The notes under the pieces are model-generated. The model saw only the letters and a list, made by a program, of their open reading frames with translations. It had not been told where the DNA came from and searched no databases. From NCBI GenBank assembly GCA_039589315.1, contig JBDHHQ010000008.1, forward strand, positions 15,109 to 79,108: 64,000 nt of DNA, read 5' to 3'. Made by a program: the position numbers and the translations under genes. The stretch comes from Gemmatimonadota bacterium. Lineage in GTDB: Bacteria > Gemmatimonadota > Gemmatimonadetes > Longimicrobiales > Gaopeijiaceae. Shown in pieces: positions 9,922 to 19,256 of this stretch (position 1 is the first letter of the stretch; every line of letters starts with the position of its first letter).

Positions 9922-10995
9922 ATGGTGGACAATCTCCAGGTTCAACGCTACGGGCAGGACCTCTCCGAACGGGAGCAACAGGTCCTCGAGGCGGTCGTGC
10001 GGCTCTACGTGGACACCGCGGAGCCGGCGGGCAGCCGTACGGTAGCCAGGCAGTACGACCTCGGCGTTTCGCCGGCTACCGTCCGGAACACGATGAGCGA
10101 CCTCGAGGAGAAGGGATACCTCTTCCACCCGCACACTTCGGCGGGCCGCGTTCCCACTGATCTGGCGTACCGTTTCTTCGTAGACCGTCTGATCGAGCCC
10201 AAGCGGTTGACCGCCAGGGAGCAGAGCCAGCTCGCCAACGCCCTGGAGGAGGACGTGGTGAGCTCCGCGGTGGGACGGCTGGTGCGCAGCGCCACGAGGG
10301 CTCTGAGCCTGCTCTCCTTGGAGCTGGGGGTGGCCGTGGCGCCGCGGCTCCACGATGCCGTGCTGGAGCGCCTGGACCTGAGTCAGCTCTCGTCGGACAA
10401 GGTGCTCCTCATCGCCACGATTCGATCGGGGCTCATCCGGACCGTGTACGTGGATCTGCCCGGAGCCGTACCGTCGGACACCCTGGTCAACGTGACCCGC
10501 ATCCTCAACGAACGGCTCGTAGGATTGAGCCTGAAGGAGATCCGGGACTCCCTGCCCGCGCGTTTGAGGGACGCCGCGCCTGACAGCGCCGCGGCCGCCG
10601 AGCTCATCAACATCTTCATGCAGTCGGGCTCCGAGCTGTTCAAGGGCCCCGACGTGGATCCGCCCGAGGTCCACCTGGGGCAGGCGAGCGTTCTGGCGAG
10701 CCAACCGGAGTTCGCCACCGGCGAGCAGTTGAAGGGGCTGATCGAGCTGACGGAGCGACAGGATCTGCTGGCTGACGTCCTGGAGGACCGGGTGCATGGA
10801 GACGGCATCAAGATCACGATCGGCGGGGAACACGCGGCCGTCGAGCTGTCCGACTTCACGCTCGTCACGTCCGAATACCACGTCGGAGGGCTCAAAGGCG
10901 TCATCGGCGTCATCGGTCCCACTCGCATGCCCTACGAGAAGGTCATCGCCATCGTGGATTACACTTCCTCGCTCGTGAGCACGATCCTCAAGTGA
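9922..10995 (+). CDS. hrcA: Heat-inducible transcription repressor HrcA
   Basis: It has an N-terminal winged helix (LSEREQQVLEAVVRLYVDTAEPAGSRTVA...GVSPATVRNTMSDLEEKGYLFHPHTSAGRVPT) and a C-terminal HrcA domain. Confidence 0.9.
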   Translation: MVDNLQVQRYGQDLSEREQQVLEAVVRLYVDTAEPAGSRTVARQYDLGVSPATVRNTMSDLEEKGYLFHPHTSAGRVPTDLAYRFFVDRLIEPKRLTAREQSQLANALEEDVVSSAVGRLVRSATRALSLLSLELGVAVAPRLHDAVLERLDLSQLSSDKVLLIATIRSGLIRTVYVDLPGAVPSDTLVNVTRILNERLVGLSLKEIRDSLPARLRDAAPDSAAAAELINIFMQSGSELFKGPDVDPPEVHLGQASVLASQPEFATGEQLKGLIELTERQDLLADVLEDRVHGDGIKITIGGEHAAVELSDFTLVTSEYHVGGLKGVIGVIGPTRMPYEKVIAIVDYTSSLVSTILK

Positions 10996-11076
10996 AACAC
11001 CACCCTCCTCGGCGAGGTACGGGGGAGGGCGCCCAGGCCTCACCAGAGGTGGATCACCGACGAATGACACCGGTCT

Positions 11077-11099
11077 GGAACGCGCGGGGCGCGCGTTCC
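11077..11099. promoter_or_regulatory. Perfect 10-bp inverted repeat GGAACGCGCG-GGG-CGCGCGTTCC just upstream of dnaJ
   Basis: Read directly from the sequence. The right arm is part of the 16-mer shared with the hrcA upstream region. It ends 21 nt before the dnaJ ATG and is not CIRCE. Confidence 0.45.
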
Positions 11100-11120
11100 G
11101 GGCGGTACAACCCCTGACGC

Positions 11121-12275
11121 ATGGCAGACTACTACGAGCTCCTGGGTGTCCCGCGCACCGCGGACACCGAGGAGATAAAGAAGGCGTACCGAAAGCTCGC
11201 CTTGAAGCACCATCCGGACCGCAACGACGGCTCCAAGGAGGCGGAGGAGCGCTTCAAGGAGGTGACGGAAGCCTACGAGGTGCTGCGGGACGGGGATCGG
11301 CGGGCGGTCTACGACCGCTACGGCGAGCAGGGCCTGAAGCGGGGCGGCGCCGGTGGAGCGGGCTTCGGTGGCTTCGACTTCTCCGACGCCATCGAGGTCT
11401 TCATGCGGGACTTCGGTGGATTCGGCGCCTTCGAGGAGATCTTCGGGCAGAGGCGTCGGGGTGGGGGACGCCGTACCCGTAAGGGACAGACGCTCCGGGT
11501 CCGACTCCCCGTGACTCTGCAGGAGGTCGCGACGGGGATCACGAAGCGCATTCGCGTCGCCGTCCTCGACGCATGCGACCGCTGTGCCGGCTCCGGGGCC
11601 GAGCCGGGGACACAGCCGGTGACGTGTGGGACGTGTCAGGGAAGCGGGGAAGAGCGGCAGATCCAGCGGTCCGTCTTCGGCCAGTTCGTTACGGTGGCCC
11701 CCTGCAGAACCTGCCGCGGCGAAGGCCGAGTCATCGACCAGCCGTGCAACACGTGTCACGGCGACGGCCGGGTCCGGACCGAGCGGGAAGTCGAAGTCGA
11801 GGTGCCCCCGGGTGTCACGTCCGAGAACTTCATCACGCTGAAGGCGCAGGGCAGCCTCGGATCCCACGGGGGGTCCCGGGGCGACGTGATCGTGCTGCTG
11901 GAGGTGCAGGACGACCCCCGGTTCGTCCGCGACGGTGCGACTCTGTTGTTCGAGCTGCCGGTGACCTTCGCTCAGGCCGCTCTCGGCGATCAGGTGGAGG
12001 TGCCGACGGTCAGCGGAAAGGTGCGGCTCACGATCCCGGCCGGGGTGCAGAGCGGGGAGCTGCTACGGCTCAAGGGTCGGGGACTTCCGGAGCTCAACGG
12101 CCGAGGCGTGGGGGACCAGCTCGTTCGCGTGGCAATCTGGACGCCGGACCGCCTCACCGCCGAGCAGGAAGAGCTTCTTCGCAAGATGCGCGAGATCGAG
12201 TCTCCCGCACCGGAGCGGATCGAGCACACCCAGTCGAAGGGCTTCTGGGAGCGGGTCAAGGAGGCCCTCACCTGA
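11121..12275 (+). CDS. dnaJ: Molecular chaperone DnaJ
   Basis: It has a J domain with HPD ([16 protein letters not shown]), a G/F region and four CxxCxGxG repeats ([32 protein letters not shown]). Confidence 0.95.
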   Translation: MADYYELLGVPRTADTEEIKKAYRKLALKHHPDRNDGSKEAEERFKEVTEAYEVLRDGDRRAVYDRYGEQGLKRGGAGGAGFGGFDFSDAIEVFMRDFGGFGAFEEIFGQRRRGGGRRTRKGQTLRVRLPVTLQEVATGITKRIRVAVLDACDRCAGSGAEPGTQPVTCGTCQGSGEERQIQRSVFGQFVTVAPCRTCRGEGRVIDQPCNTCHGDGRVRTEREVEVEVPPGVTSENFITLKAQGSLGSHGGSRGDVIVLLEVQDDPRFVRDGATLLFELPVTFAQAALGDQVEVPTVSGKVRLTIPAGVQSGELLRLKGRGLPELNGRGVGDQLVRVAIWTPDRLTAEQEELLRKMREIESPAPERIEHTQSKGFWERVKEALT

Positions 12276-13153
12276 GTCCCGAACGGTGGCTGGCCCTCTC
12301 GGTCTGCACGCCGCCCGGCGGGGATCCGGACGTGATGGCCGCTGCCCTGATGTCGTTGGGCGGCCGTGGCGTCGAGGAGAAGCACGGTGCCCTGACCACC
12401 TACCTCGAGCCCCCGGAGGATCCCGAGGCCTTCGTCGCCGAGGCGCGCCGGCGCTTGGAGGCGTGGACGGGGCTGTCGGACATCAGGCCGAGCTGGACCT
12501 GGCAGCTCCAGGAAGAGTGGGAAACGTTCTGGCGCCGGGGCCTCGCCACGCGCCGGGTCACCGACCGGATCGTCGTGCACCCCAGCTGGTTGGATCCCGA
12601 GACACGCAGCGGCGACGTGGTGATCCAGCTGGACCCGGGCATGGCCTTTGGCACGGCCGAGCACGGCACGACGCGCGGGTGCCTGCGACTGCTGGACGGG
12701 CGGGTGTCAGGCGGCGACCGTGTGCTGGACGTGGGGTGCGGCTCGGGCATCCTCTCGATCGCGGTGGCGTTGCTGGGTGCGCGCAAGGTGCTCGCCATCG
12801 ATTCCGACCCGCTGGCGTGCGAGGCAGCCCGGGACAATGCCGGGGTCAACGGCGTCGCCGCAGCCGTGGAGGTGGTGGAGCGTCGGGTGACCCCTTCGTG
12901 GCTCGCCGCCCTCGAGCCGCACGACGGGGTCGTCGCCAACCTGGAGACCCGCCTGATCCTGCCCCTTCTGCCCGATCTGGCCGAGGTGATCCGACCCGGC
13001 GGATGGCTGATCCTCTCCGGCATTCTGGCCGACGAACGAAACGACGTGATCCAGGCTGTGGAACGCCATGCCGACACCGGAGCGACCTTGGAGGCCGAGG
13101 ACCGGGACGGCGAGTGGTGGACCGGCGCGTTCCGGCCTTGGCGTGGGTCATGA
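12272..13153 (+). CDS. prmA: Ribosomal protein L11 methyltransferase PrmA (start uncertain; probably non-canonical CTG)
   Basis: It has the SAM motif [14 protein letters not shown] and the PrmA block [19 protein letters not shown]. The N-terminal PrmA homology (W-LALSV...[10 protein letters not shown]) begins at W 12287. That lies upstream of the first ATG/GTG (12332/12335), and only CTG codons are available there (12272, 12245). Confidence 0.8.
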   Translation: MSPERWLALSVCTPPGGDPDVMAAALMSLGGRGVEEKHGALTTYLEPPEDPEAFVAEARRRLEAWTGLSDIRPSWTWQLQEEWETFWRRGLATRRVTDRIVVHPSWLDPETRSGDVVIQLDPGMAFGTAEHGTTRGCLRLLDGRVSGGDRVLDVGCGSGILSIAVALLGARKVLAIDSDPLACEAARDNAGVNGVAAAVEVVERRVTPSWLAALEPHDGVVANLETRLILPLLPDLAEVIRPGGWLILSGILADERNDVIQAVERHADTGATLEAEDRDGEWWTGAFRPWRGS

Positions 13154-13651
13154 CTACGCCGGCCCGGGCCCTGCGTCCCCGAGCCGAGCCCGCACCCGCC
13201 CGTTCTCGGCCAGCAGTCCCAGCCATCGCGCCAGGGCGACGGCCGAGTCTCCGTCCAGACGCCGGCCGAGATACGCCACCGACGCCCGGAGCGTCCGAAG
13301 GGGACGGGGAGTTGGCCGGTCGCCGTCCGCGCCGGGATCGAGTCCGATGATCCAGGGACCGTACTCCACCGCGACGAGCGCGGCGTCCAGCGTGCGCTGA
13401 GGCGAGGGCTCGGGCCGTTCACGCACACCCGCCACGTGGTTGAGGGTACCGAGCAGGGAGGTCCAACCGGGGGCGGCCCGGACGACACGGAATCGCTCCG
13501 GAGACCGGGCCAGCACGGCCAGGAGAGACTGCAGCGAGAGGGCGACGCCAGGCGCGTCGTCCTTGAGCAGGCGAAAGAGCTCTTCCAGCGGAAGTGCCGG
13601 TGCGGGGTTCCGGGCCAGCGTCGTGGCGGCGAGGTCGAGGATGCGGTCCAT
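13154..13651 (-). CDS. Hypothetical protein (only minus-strand gene in the first 43.9 kb)
   Basis: A 165-aa ORF with high third-position GC. It fills a gap that has no plus-strand gene. Its stop abuts the prmA stop with 0 nt between them. I recognised no motif. Confidence 0.45.
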   Translation of the reverse strand: MDRILDLAATTLARNPAPALPLEELFRLLKDDAPGVALSLQSLLAVLARSPERFRVVRAAPGWTSLLGTLNHVAGVRERPEPSPQRTLDAALVAVEYGPWIIGLDPGADGDRPTPRPLRTLRASVAYLGRRLDGDSAVALARWLGLLAENGRVRARLGDAGPGPA

Positions 13652-13807
13652 GGCTTCTCCGAGGCAGAGGTCTGGAGGACCACGCTACCGTGCGGCCGAG
13701 TGCGATCCCATGGCGCGGAGGGACGCCCTGAGCCACCGGGGCGGAGCCGGCTCGCGGTCCCGTATCGTCGTTGACCCGCCCGAGGGGCCCCGGTAGCTTC
13801 GGTCACG

Positions 13808-14248
13808 ATGAGCAGCGACTTGAAGGCCCGCCTGAAGGCCGACCTGATCTCGGCTCGCAAGGAGCGGGACAAGCTCCGCATCCTGGTGCTTTCCACGACC
13901 CTGGCGGACCTACGCAACCGCGAGATCGAGCTCGGCCAGGACGCCGATGACGACGTCGTGAGGGCGGTGGTCGGCGGCGCCATCAAGCGGCGAAAGGACG
14001 CCGCGTCCCAGATGGCCGATGCGGGCCGCACCGAGCTCGCCGACAGGGAGCTGGCGGAAGCCGAGATCCTGGCGGCGTACATGCCGGCAGGCCTGTCGGA
14101 GGACGACGTGCGCGTCATCATCCGCGAGGTGATCTCCGGGGGTGCCGACCAGTTCGGTCCGGTGATGGGGGCGGTCATGCCCCGCATCCGCGGCCGCTTC
14201 GACGGGAAGGAGGCGAACCGGCTCGTGCGGGAAGCGCTGGGACAATGA
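13808..14248 (+). CDS. GatB/YqeY domain-containing protein
   Basis: A 146-aa protein with a typical YqeY N terminus (LKARLKADLISARKERDKLRILVLSTTLADLRNREIE). Confidence 0.8.
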   Translation: MSSDLKARLKADLISARKERDKLRILVLSTTLADLRNREIELGQDADDDVVRAVVGGAIKRRKDAASQMADAGRTELADRELAEAEILAAYMPAGLSEDDVRVIIREVISGGADQFGPVMGAVMPRIRGRFDGKEANRLVREALGQ

Positions 14249-14336
14249 CGGGCGTCGCCCGAGATCCCGGGGAGCGGGGAACCACACGGGCGTCGGCCGA
14301 CCGGCCGCCGCCCGTCTCTCGTTCGAGGAGGCCCCG

Positions 14337-16691
14337 GTGAGGCCCCACGCGTTTCGCGTTCTGGAGCTGGAGGCCGCCCTGGAGCGCGTCGCGGCACGGG
14401 CTTCGAGTGAGCTCGGGCGAAGACGCGTCCTCGAGCTGCGGCCCCACGACGACCGGGATCGTCTGGTCAAGGAGCTCGCGACCGTACAGGAGTCCGTCGA
14501 GTTCCTCGAGGCGGACCCCCGTTGGACTCCCCCACCGCTCCCGGACGCGTACGGGGCCCTCGAGAGGCTTACCCTCGAGGGCAGCGTCCTCGACGCAGCG
14601 CAGCTGTCCACCCTGGGCTCGCTCCTGACCTCGGGGAGGCTGCTCCGGGAGGCCTTTGCCGGCGAGCGCGAGGGAAGCCCGCTGCTGTGGGACCTTTGCC
14701 GGCGACTTCATGCAGACGTGAAGGGTGAACAGGCGATCGCTCGCACCGTGGACCCGGCAGGGCATGTGTTGGACACCGCCAGCCGCGAGCTCCGCCGCAT
14801 CCGCTCCGGGCTATCCCAGGCCCACAGCCGTATCGTGCGCCGCCTCGAGCAATACCTCGGTACGCTCCCCGATCGGCACCGGGTGTCCGATGCCTCCGTG
14901 ACGATCCGGAACGGCCGGTACGTCGTGCCGGTCCGTCGGGAGGGGCGGCGGGAGGTGGGCGGCATCGTGCACGACGAGTCCGCGACCGGCGCCACCCTCT
15001 TCGTGGAGCCACCCCTGGCCATCCAGCTCATGAACGACCTCAAGGAGCTGGAGCGGGCCGAGGCCCGGGAGATCCACCGGATCCTGACCGAGCGCAGCGA
15101 GGCGCTGCGCCCCTCGCTGCACGCGCTGCAGGCGTCGCTCGAGGCAGCCGTGGTCTTGGATACCTTCTACGCTCGCGCCCGGGTGGCGCGCGATTGGCGG
15201 GCCACTCTACCGGAGCTCCTTCCGGCGGCGAGCCAGGAGCTGCGAATCGTCGACGGGCGGCATCCATTGCTCCTGGGGGAAGGGGGCCCCGAGACCGTGG
15301 TGCCCTTCTTCCTGGAGCTCGTCGACGGCGAGCGAGCCTTGGTCGTGTCCGGGCCCAACACGGGAGGGAAGACGGTCTTCCTCAAGGCCTTGGGGCTGAT
15401 CTCCACACTGGCCCAGTGTGGTGTCGTCCCTCCGGTGGGAGCCGGATCCCGCCTCCCCGTCTTCGGGGAGATCTTCGCGGACATCGGCGACGAGCAGTCC
15501 ATCTCCGAGAGCCTGTCCACGTTCTCCGCGCACCTGGCCAACCTGCGACAGATCGTGGAGCGCGCAGGTCCGGACACCCTCGTCCTCATCGACGAGATGG
15601 GCACCGGCACGGATCCAGCCGAGGGCGTGGCCCTGGCCCGGTCGGCGCTGGAGACGTTGGTGGAGCGGCGGGCGCTGTCCATCGTGACCTCCCACCTGGG
15701 AGCCCTGAAGCGTCTGGATCTGGAGGGCAGTGGGATCGTCAATGCGTCGCTGGAGTTCGACCCCGATCGCATGGAGCCCACGTACGTGCTCGTCAAAGGG
15801 CGGCCAGGGCGAAGCTACGGACTGGCCATCGCCCGGAAGCTGGGATTCCCCGCGCCGGTGCTGGACCGGGCCGAAGTCCACCTCTCCGAGGGAGACGCCC
15901 GCTTGGACGACCTGTTGGAGAAGCTCCAACGCGAGGAGCGGGCCGCCCGGGCGCTGGCCGACTCCCTGGCCGGCGAAAAGGCCGGTGCGGAACGGTTGGC
16001 GGCGGAGCTGGCCGATCGCGAGCGAAAGCTCACGGAGAGGGAGAAGACGGAGCGGAGCCGTGCCCACGAGGAGGCTCGCAGGCTTCTCATGGAGGCTCGG
16101 GAAGTAGTGGAGGCCGCCATACAGGAAGTGCGTGAATCGGGCACGGCCGAGCTCGCGGAAGTCGGACGACAGGCCCGCCGCCGCGTCGAGGAGGCCGCTG
16201 CGCGTCACCGGGCTTCGGCCGAGCCGGTCCACGCTTCTCCTCCGTCCGGCGTGTCGGTGGGAGACCGGGTCCGCATCCGCTCGAGTGGCACCGAGGGTGA
16301 GGTGTTGGAGCTGCGGGAGGGTCGCGCTCTGGTCTCCATGGCGGGGCTGCGGATGCAGGTTCCCCTCGGCGAGCTGGCCGCGCTCCCGGCGCCAGCGCCC
16401 ACTCGGCGGCGTTCCAGGGACGGGGGCTGGTCCGCTCCGGAGATCCGGGGCACCACGGAGATCGACCTCCGCGGGCTCCGTGTGGACGAGGTCCAGCTCG
16501 AGCTGGAGAGGGGGTTGGACGGAGCAATCCTGGGAGATTTCGAGGAGGTACGCATCATCCACGGCAAGGGGACGGGCGCCGTGCGTCAGCGCGTGCAGGA
16601 GCTCCTCGGACTGGAGCCTCGCGTGAAGTCCTTCCGCCTCGGCGGGCCGGGAGAGGGCGGTGCGGGCGTGACCGTGGCGGTGCTGGGATGA
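14337..16691 (+). CDS. mutS2: Endonuclease MutS2 (MutS-II ATPase with C-terminal Smr domain)
   Basis: It has the Walker A motif GPNTGGKT, the MutS signature DEMGTGTDP, a coiled-coil linker and an Smr domain (EIDLRGLRVDE...IIHGKGTGAVR). Confidence 0.9.
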   Translation: MRPHAFRVLELEAALERVAARASSELGRRRVLELRPHDDRDRLVKELATVQESVEFLEADPRWTPPPLPDAYGALERLTLEGSVLDAAQLSTLGSLLTSGRLLREAFAGEREGSPLLWDLCRRLHADVKGEQAIARTVDPAGHVLDTASRELRRIRSGLSQAHSRIVRRLEQYLGTLPDRHRVSDASVTIRNGRYVVPVRREGRREVGGIVHDESATGATLFVEPPLAIQLMNDLKELERAEAREIHRILTERSEALRPSLHALQASLEAAVVLDTFYARARVARDWRATLPELLPAASQELRIVDGRHPLLLGEGGPETVVPFFLELVDGERALVVSGPNTGGKTVFLKALGLISTLAQCGVVPPVGAGSRLPVFGEIFADIGDEQSISESLSTFSAHLANLRQIVERAGPDTLVLIDEMGTGTDPAEGVALARSALETLVERRALSIVTSHLGALKRLDLEGSGIVNASLEFDPDRMEPTYVLVKGRPGRSYGLAIARKLGFPAPVLDRAEVHLSEGDARLDDLLEKLQREERAARALADSLAGEKAGAERLAAELADRERKLTEREKTERSRAHEEARRLLMEAREVVEAAIQEVRESGTAELAEVGRQARRRVEEAAARHRASAEPVHASPPSGVSVGDRVRIRSSGTEGEVLELREGRALVSMAGLRMQVPLGELAALPAPAPTRRRSRDGGWSAPEIRGTTEIDLRGLRVDEVQLELERGLDGAILGDFEEVRIIHGKGTGAVRQRVQELLGLEPRVKSFRLGGPGEGGAGVTVAVLG

Positions 16692-18508
16692 TCCCGGACG
16701 ACGTCGTCGAGGAGGTGCGGGCGGGGGCCGACATCGTGGACGTGATCGGCGAGTTCGTCCCTCTCAAGAAGGCCGGTCGGGAGTTCAAAGCCAACTGTCC
16801 GTTCCACGAGGAGCGGACCCCCAGCTTCTACGTCGTGCCGGCCAAGGCCATGTACCACTGCTTCGGCTGTGGGGAGCACGGCGACGTGTTCACCTTCGTC
16901 AGAAAGCGCCTGGGGCTCGACTTCGTCGATGCGGTGAAGCACGTGGCGCAACGCACGGGCATTCCGGTCCGCGAAGTGCAGTCCGGGCGTTCCGACGACC
17001 CGCTGCGGCCGTTGCGGGAGGCGATGGCGTTCGCCCGGGACTTCTTCGCTGAGCGGCTCTGGAGCTGGAAGGGGGGTGAGCTTGCCCGCGATTACCTCTC
17101 GACCCGCGGGATTCGGAGGGAGACCGCCGAGCGTTTCGGGCTGGGATTCTCGCCACCCGAATGGCGCGCCCTGCGTGAGGCCGCGGGCAAACATGGTCTC
17201 GAAGACGACCTTCTCGAGGAGGTCGGGCTCCTGGTCAGGGGCGAGAGGCGAGACGCTCCCTATGACCGTTTCCGTGGCCGGCTCATGTTTCCCATCGAGG
17301 ACGGCGCCGGTAGGGTCGTGGCGTTCGGCGGTCGTGTCATGCCCGGGGTCACGGCCGGGGGAGGCAAGGGCAAATACGTCAACTCGCCCGAGACGCCGCT
17401 GTACCACAAGGGTCGTATCCTCTACGGCTTGTCGTGGGCCAAGAACGCGATCCGCCGGGAGCAGTCGGTCCTGGTGGTGGAGGGCTACATGGACGTCGTG
17501 TCCGTGGCCTCCGCCGGCGTCGAACACGTCGTGGCGGCGTCGGGGACGTCCTTGACCGAGGAGCAGGCCGAATTGCTGAAGCGGTACAGCAAACAGGTCT
17601 ACCTCCTGTTCGACAGCGATCGTGCCGGCCTGCGGGCCACGTTCCGGGCCGGCGACACGCTCCTGGCCGCCGGCCTTCACCCGTCGGTGGTCACCCTTCC
17701 TCCGGCCGAGGATCCAGACAGCATCGTGCGGGCGCAAGGAGCCGAAGGGCTCCGTACCTACGTCGGCGACGCGGTCGATATCCTGGACCGGAAGCTGCAG
17801 ATCCTCGAGGAGCACGACTACTTCTCGAACATCGAGCGGACACGGAACGCCGTCGACCGCCTGCTGCCCACGGTGCGGGCCGCCCGCGACCCGGCCTTGC
17901 GAGACATCTACGTCGCCAAGGTGGCCGACAAGACAGGTGTCAGGCGGGAGACCCTGGAGGCGGAGCTCCTTCGTGAGGGCACGACGCGCCGGGCCCCCCG
18001 CCCGGGTACTCCACCCCCATCCCGCGACCGGAGCGCGTACCGACTGCCGAAGATGGGAGCGGAGCGCACAGTTCTCTTGTTGATGGTCCGACGCCGGGAG
18101 TGGGTCGAGCGGGCAGCCGAGCACGTGGGCCCGGAGGACTTCCACGATGCATCGTATCGGGCGATCTTCGACGCGTTGGTGCACGATCCGGAGCTGGCCC
18201 GCCCACCGGAAGGCATGGATTCGACGGCAGCCCGGCGACTCGAGGGCCTGCTCACGGACCCGGAGGAACTCTCCCACGCGGAGCGGGTCTTTCAGGACTC
18301 GATTCATCGCCTGAAGCACGGTAGCCGGGAAGCGGCCATCCGAGAGCTCGAACAGCGCCTGGAGGGCGCGGACAGCTTCGAGGAGAAGCAGCGCCTTCTG
18401 AAGGAGATGCAGGATCTTCGGGCATCGACCAGAGACGAACGGGACTGGCTTCCGACCGTACGTCAGGCCCTGGAGCGAAAGCGGTCTCCGATGGCGGACG
18501 GCCCCTGA
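16688..18508 (+). CDS. dnaG: DNA primase DnaG
   Basis: It has the zinc-binding CPFHEERTPSFYV...YHCFGCGEHGD and a TOPRIM region (VVEGYMDV...LFDSDRAG). There is an ATGA overlap with mutS2. Confidence 0.95.
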   Translation: MIPDDVVEEVRAGADIVDVIGEFVPLKKAGREFKANCPFHEERTPSFYVVPAKAMYHCFGCGEHGDVFTFVRKRLGLDFVDAVKHVAQRTGIPVREVQSGRSDDPLRPLREAMAFARDFFAERLWSWKGGELARDYLSTRGIRRETAERFGLGFSPPEWRALREAAGKHGLEDDLLEEVGLLVRGERRDAPYDRFRGRLMFPIEDGAGRVVAFGGRVMPGVTAGGGKGKYVNSPETPLYHKGRILYGLSWAKNAIRREQSVLVVEGYMDVVSVASAGVEHVVAASGTSLTEEQAELLKRYSKQVYLLFDSDRAGLRATFRAGDTLLAAGLHPSVVTLPPAEDPDSIVRAQGAEGLRTYVGDAVDILDRKLQILEEHDYFSNIERTRNAVDRLLPTVRAARDPALRDIYVAKVADKTGVRRETLEAELLREGTTRRAPRPGTPPPSRDRSAYRLPKMGAERTVLLLMVRRREWVERAAEHVGPEDFHDASYRAIFDALVHDPELARPPEGMDSTAARRLEGLLTDPEELSHAERVFQDSIHRLKHGSREAAIRELEQRLEGADSFEEKQRLLKEMQDLRASTRDERDWLPTVRQALERKRSPMADGP

Positions 18509-18530
18509 GGCGACACCAGAAGCGAGGACC

Positions 18531-19256
18531 ATGACCGAGAACACACGAATCTCCTTACGCGAGCTCCAGAGGCTCGACACCGACATCCGCGAAGCCCGGG
18601 AGCAGGTGGCCGGGTTCGCGCCCTTGCTGGAAGAAGTGGAGGAGCCGGCGGCGGCGTTGGAGTCGGAGGTGGAGAGCACACGTAAGCGCCTTCGTGAGAT
18701 TCGCCTGGAGGAGCGGCGCCTCGAGCTGTCGGCGGACGAGAAGCGGGCTCGCTCCAAGCGCCTGCAGGACCGCCTCAACACGGTGCGTAACCTCAGGGAG
18801 GAGGCGGCCGTTCACGCCGAGCTCGACCTGGTCCGCCGGGCGCTCGAAGGTGACGAGCAGGAGGCCCTGGGGCTTCTGGACCAGATTCGCAAGCTCGAGG
18901 AACGGCTGGAAGAGCTGGAGGCCGAGCTCGGCGCCGCTCAGGCCGAGGTCGAGCCGAGGCGCGACGAGCTCCTGGCCCAGCAGGCGGCCGCCGGCACTCG
19001 ACTCGAAGAGCTCATCGCGCAGCGCGACGCCTTCGCCGAGCAGATCGACAGCGGGGAGCGCCGCCTGTACGAGAGCATCAAGGCAGGGGGGCGGACCGTG
19101 GTCGTCGCCGAGCTCACGGTCGACGGTGCTTGCGGTCACTGCTTCAGCATGATCCCGCTCCAGGTCCAGGCCAACGTACGCTCGGGAGCGGATGTGATCC
19201 GCTGCGAGGCGTGCGGTGTCATACTCGCCGCCGCGGTGGGCGGAGACGATGCGTGA
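18531..19256 (+). CDS. Coiled-coil protein with C-terminal C4 zinc ribbon (COG1579-like)
   Basis: It has a long heptad coiled coil followed by CGHC...CEAC. Confidence 0.7.
   Translation: MTENTRISLRELQRLDTDIREAREQVAGFAPLLEEVEEPAAALESEVESTRKRLREIRLEERRLELSADEKRARSKRLQDRLNTVRNLREEAAVHAELDLVRRALEGDEQEALGLLDQIRKLEERLEELEAELGAAQAEVEPRRDELLAQQAAAGTRLEELIAQRDAFAEQIDSGERRLYESIKAGGRTVVVAELTVDGACGHCFSMIPLQVQANVRSGADVIRCEACGVILAAAVGGDDA

Noticed and set aside
9800-11120. Looked for a CIRCE element (TTAGCACTC-N9-GAGTGCTAA) upstream of hrcA and dnaJ.
   Set aside because: I saw nothing resembling either arm. The different GC-rich motif is reported as a finding instead.
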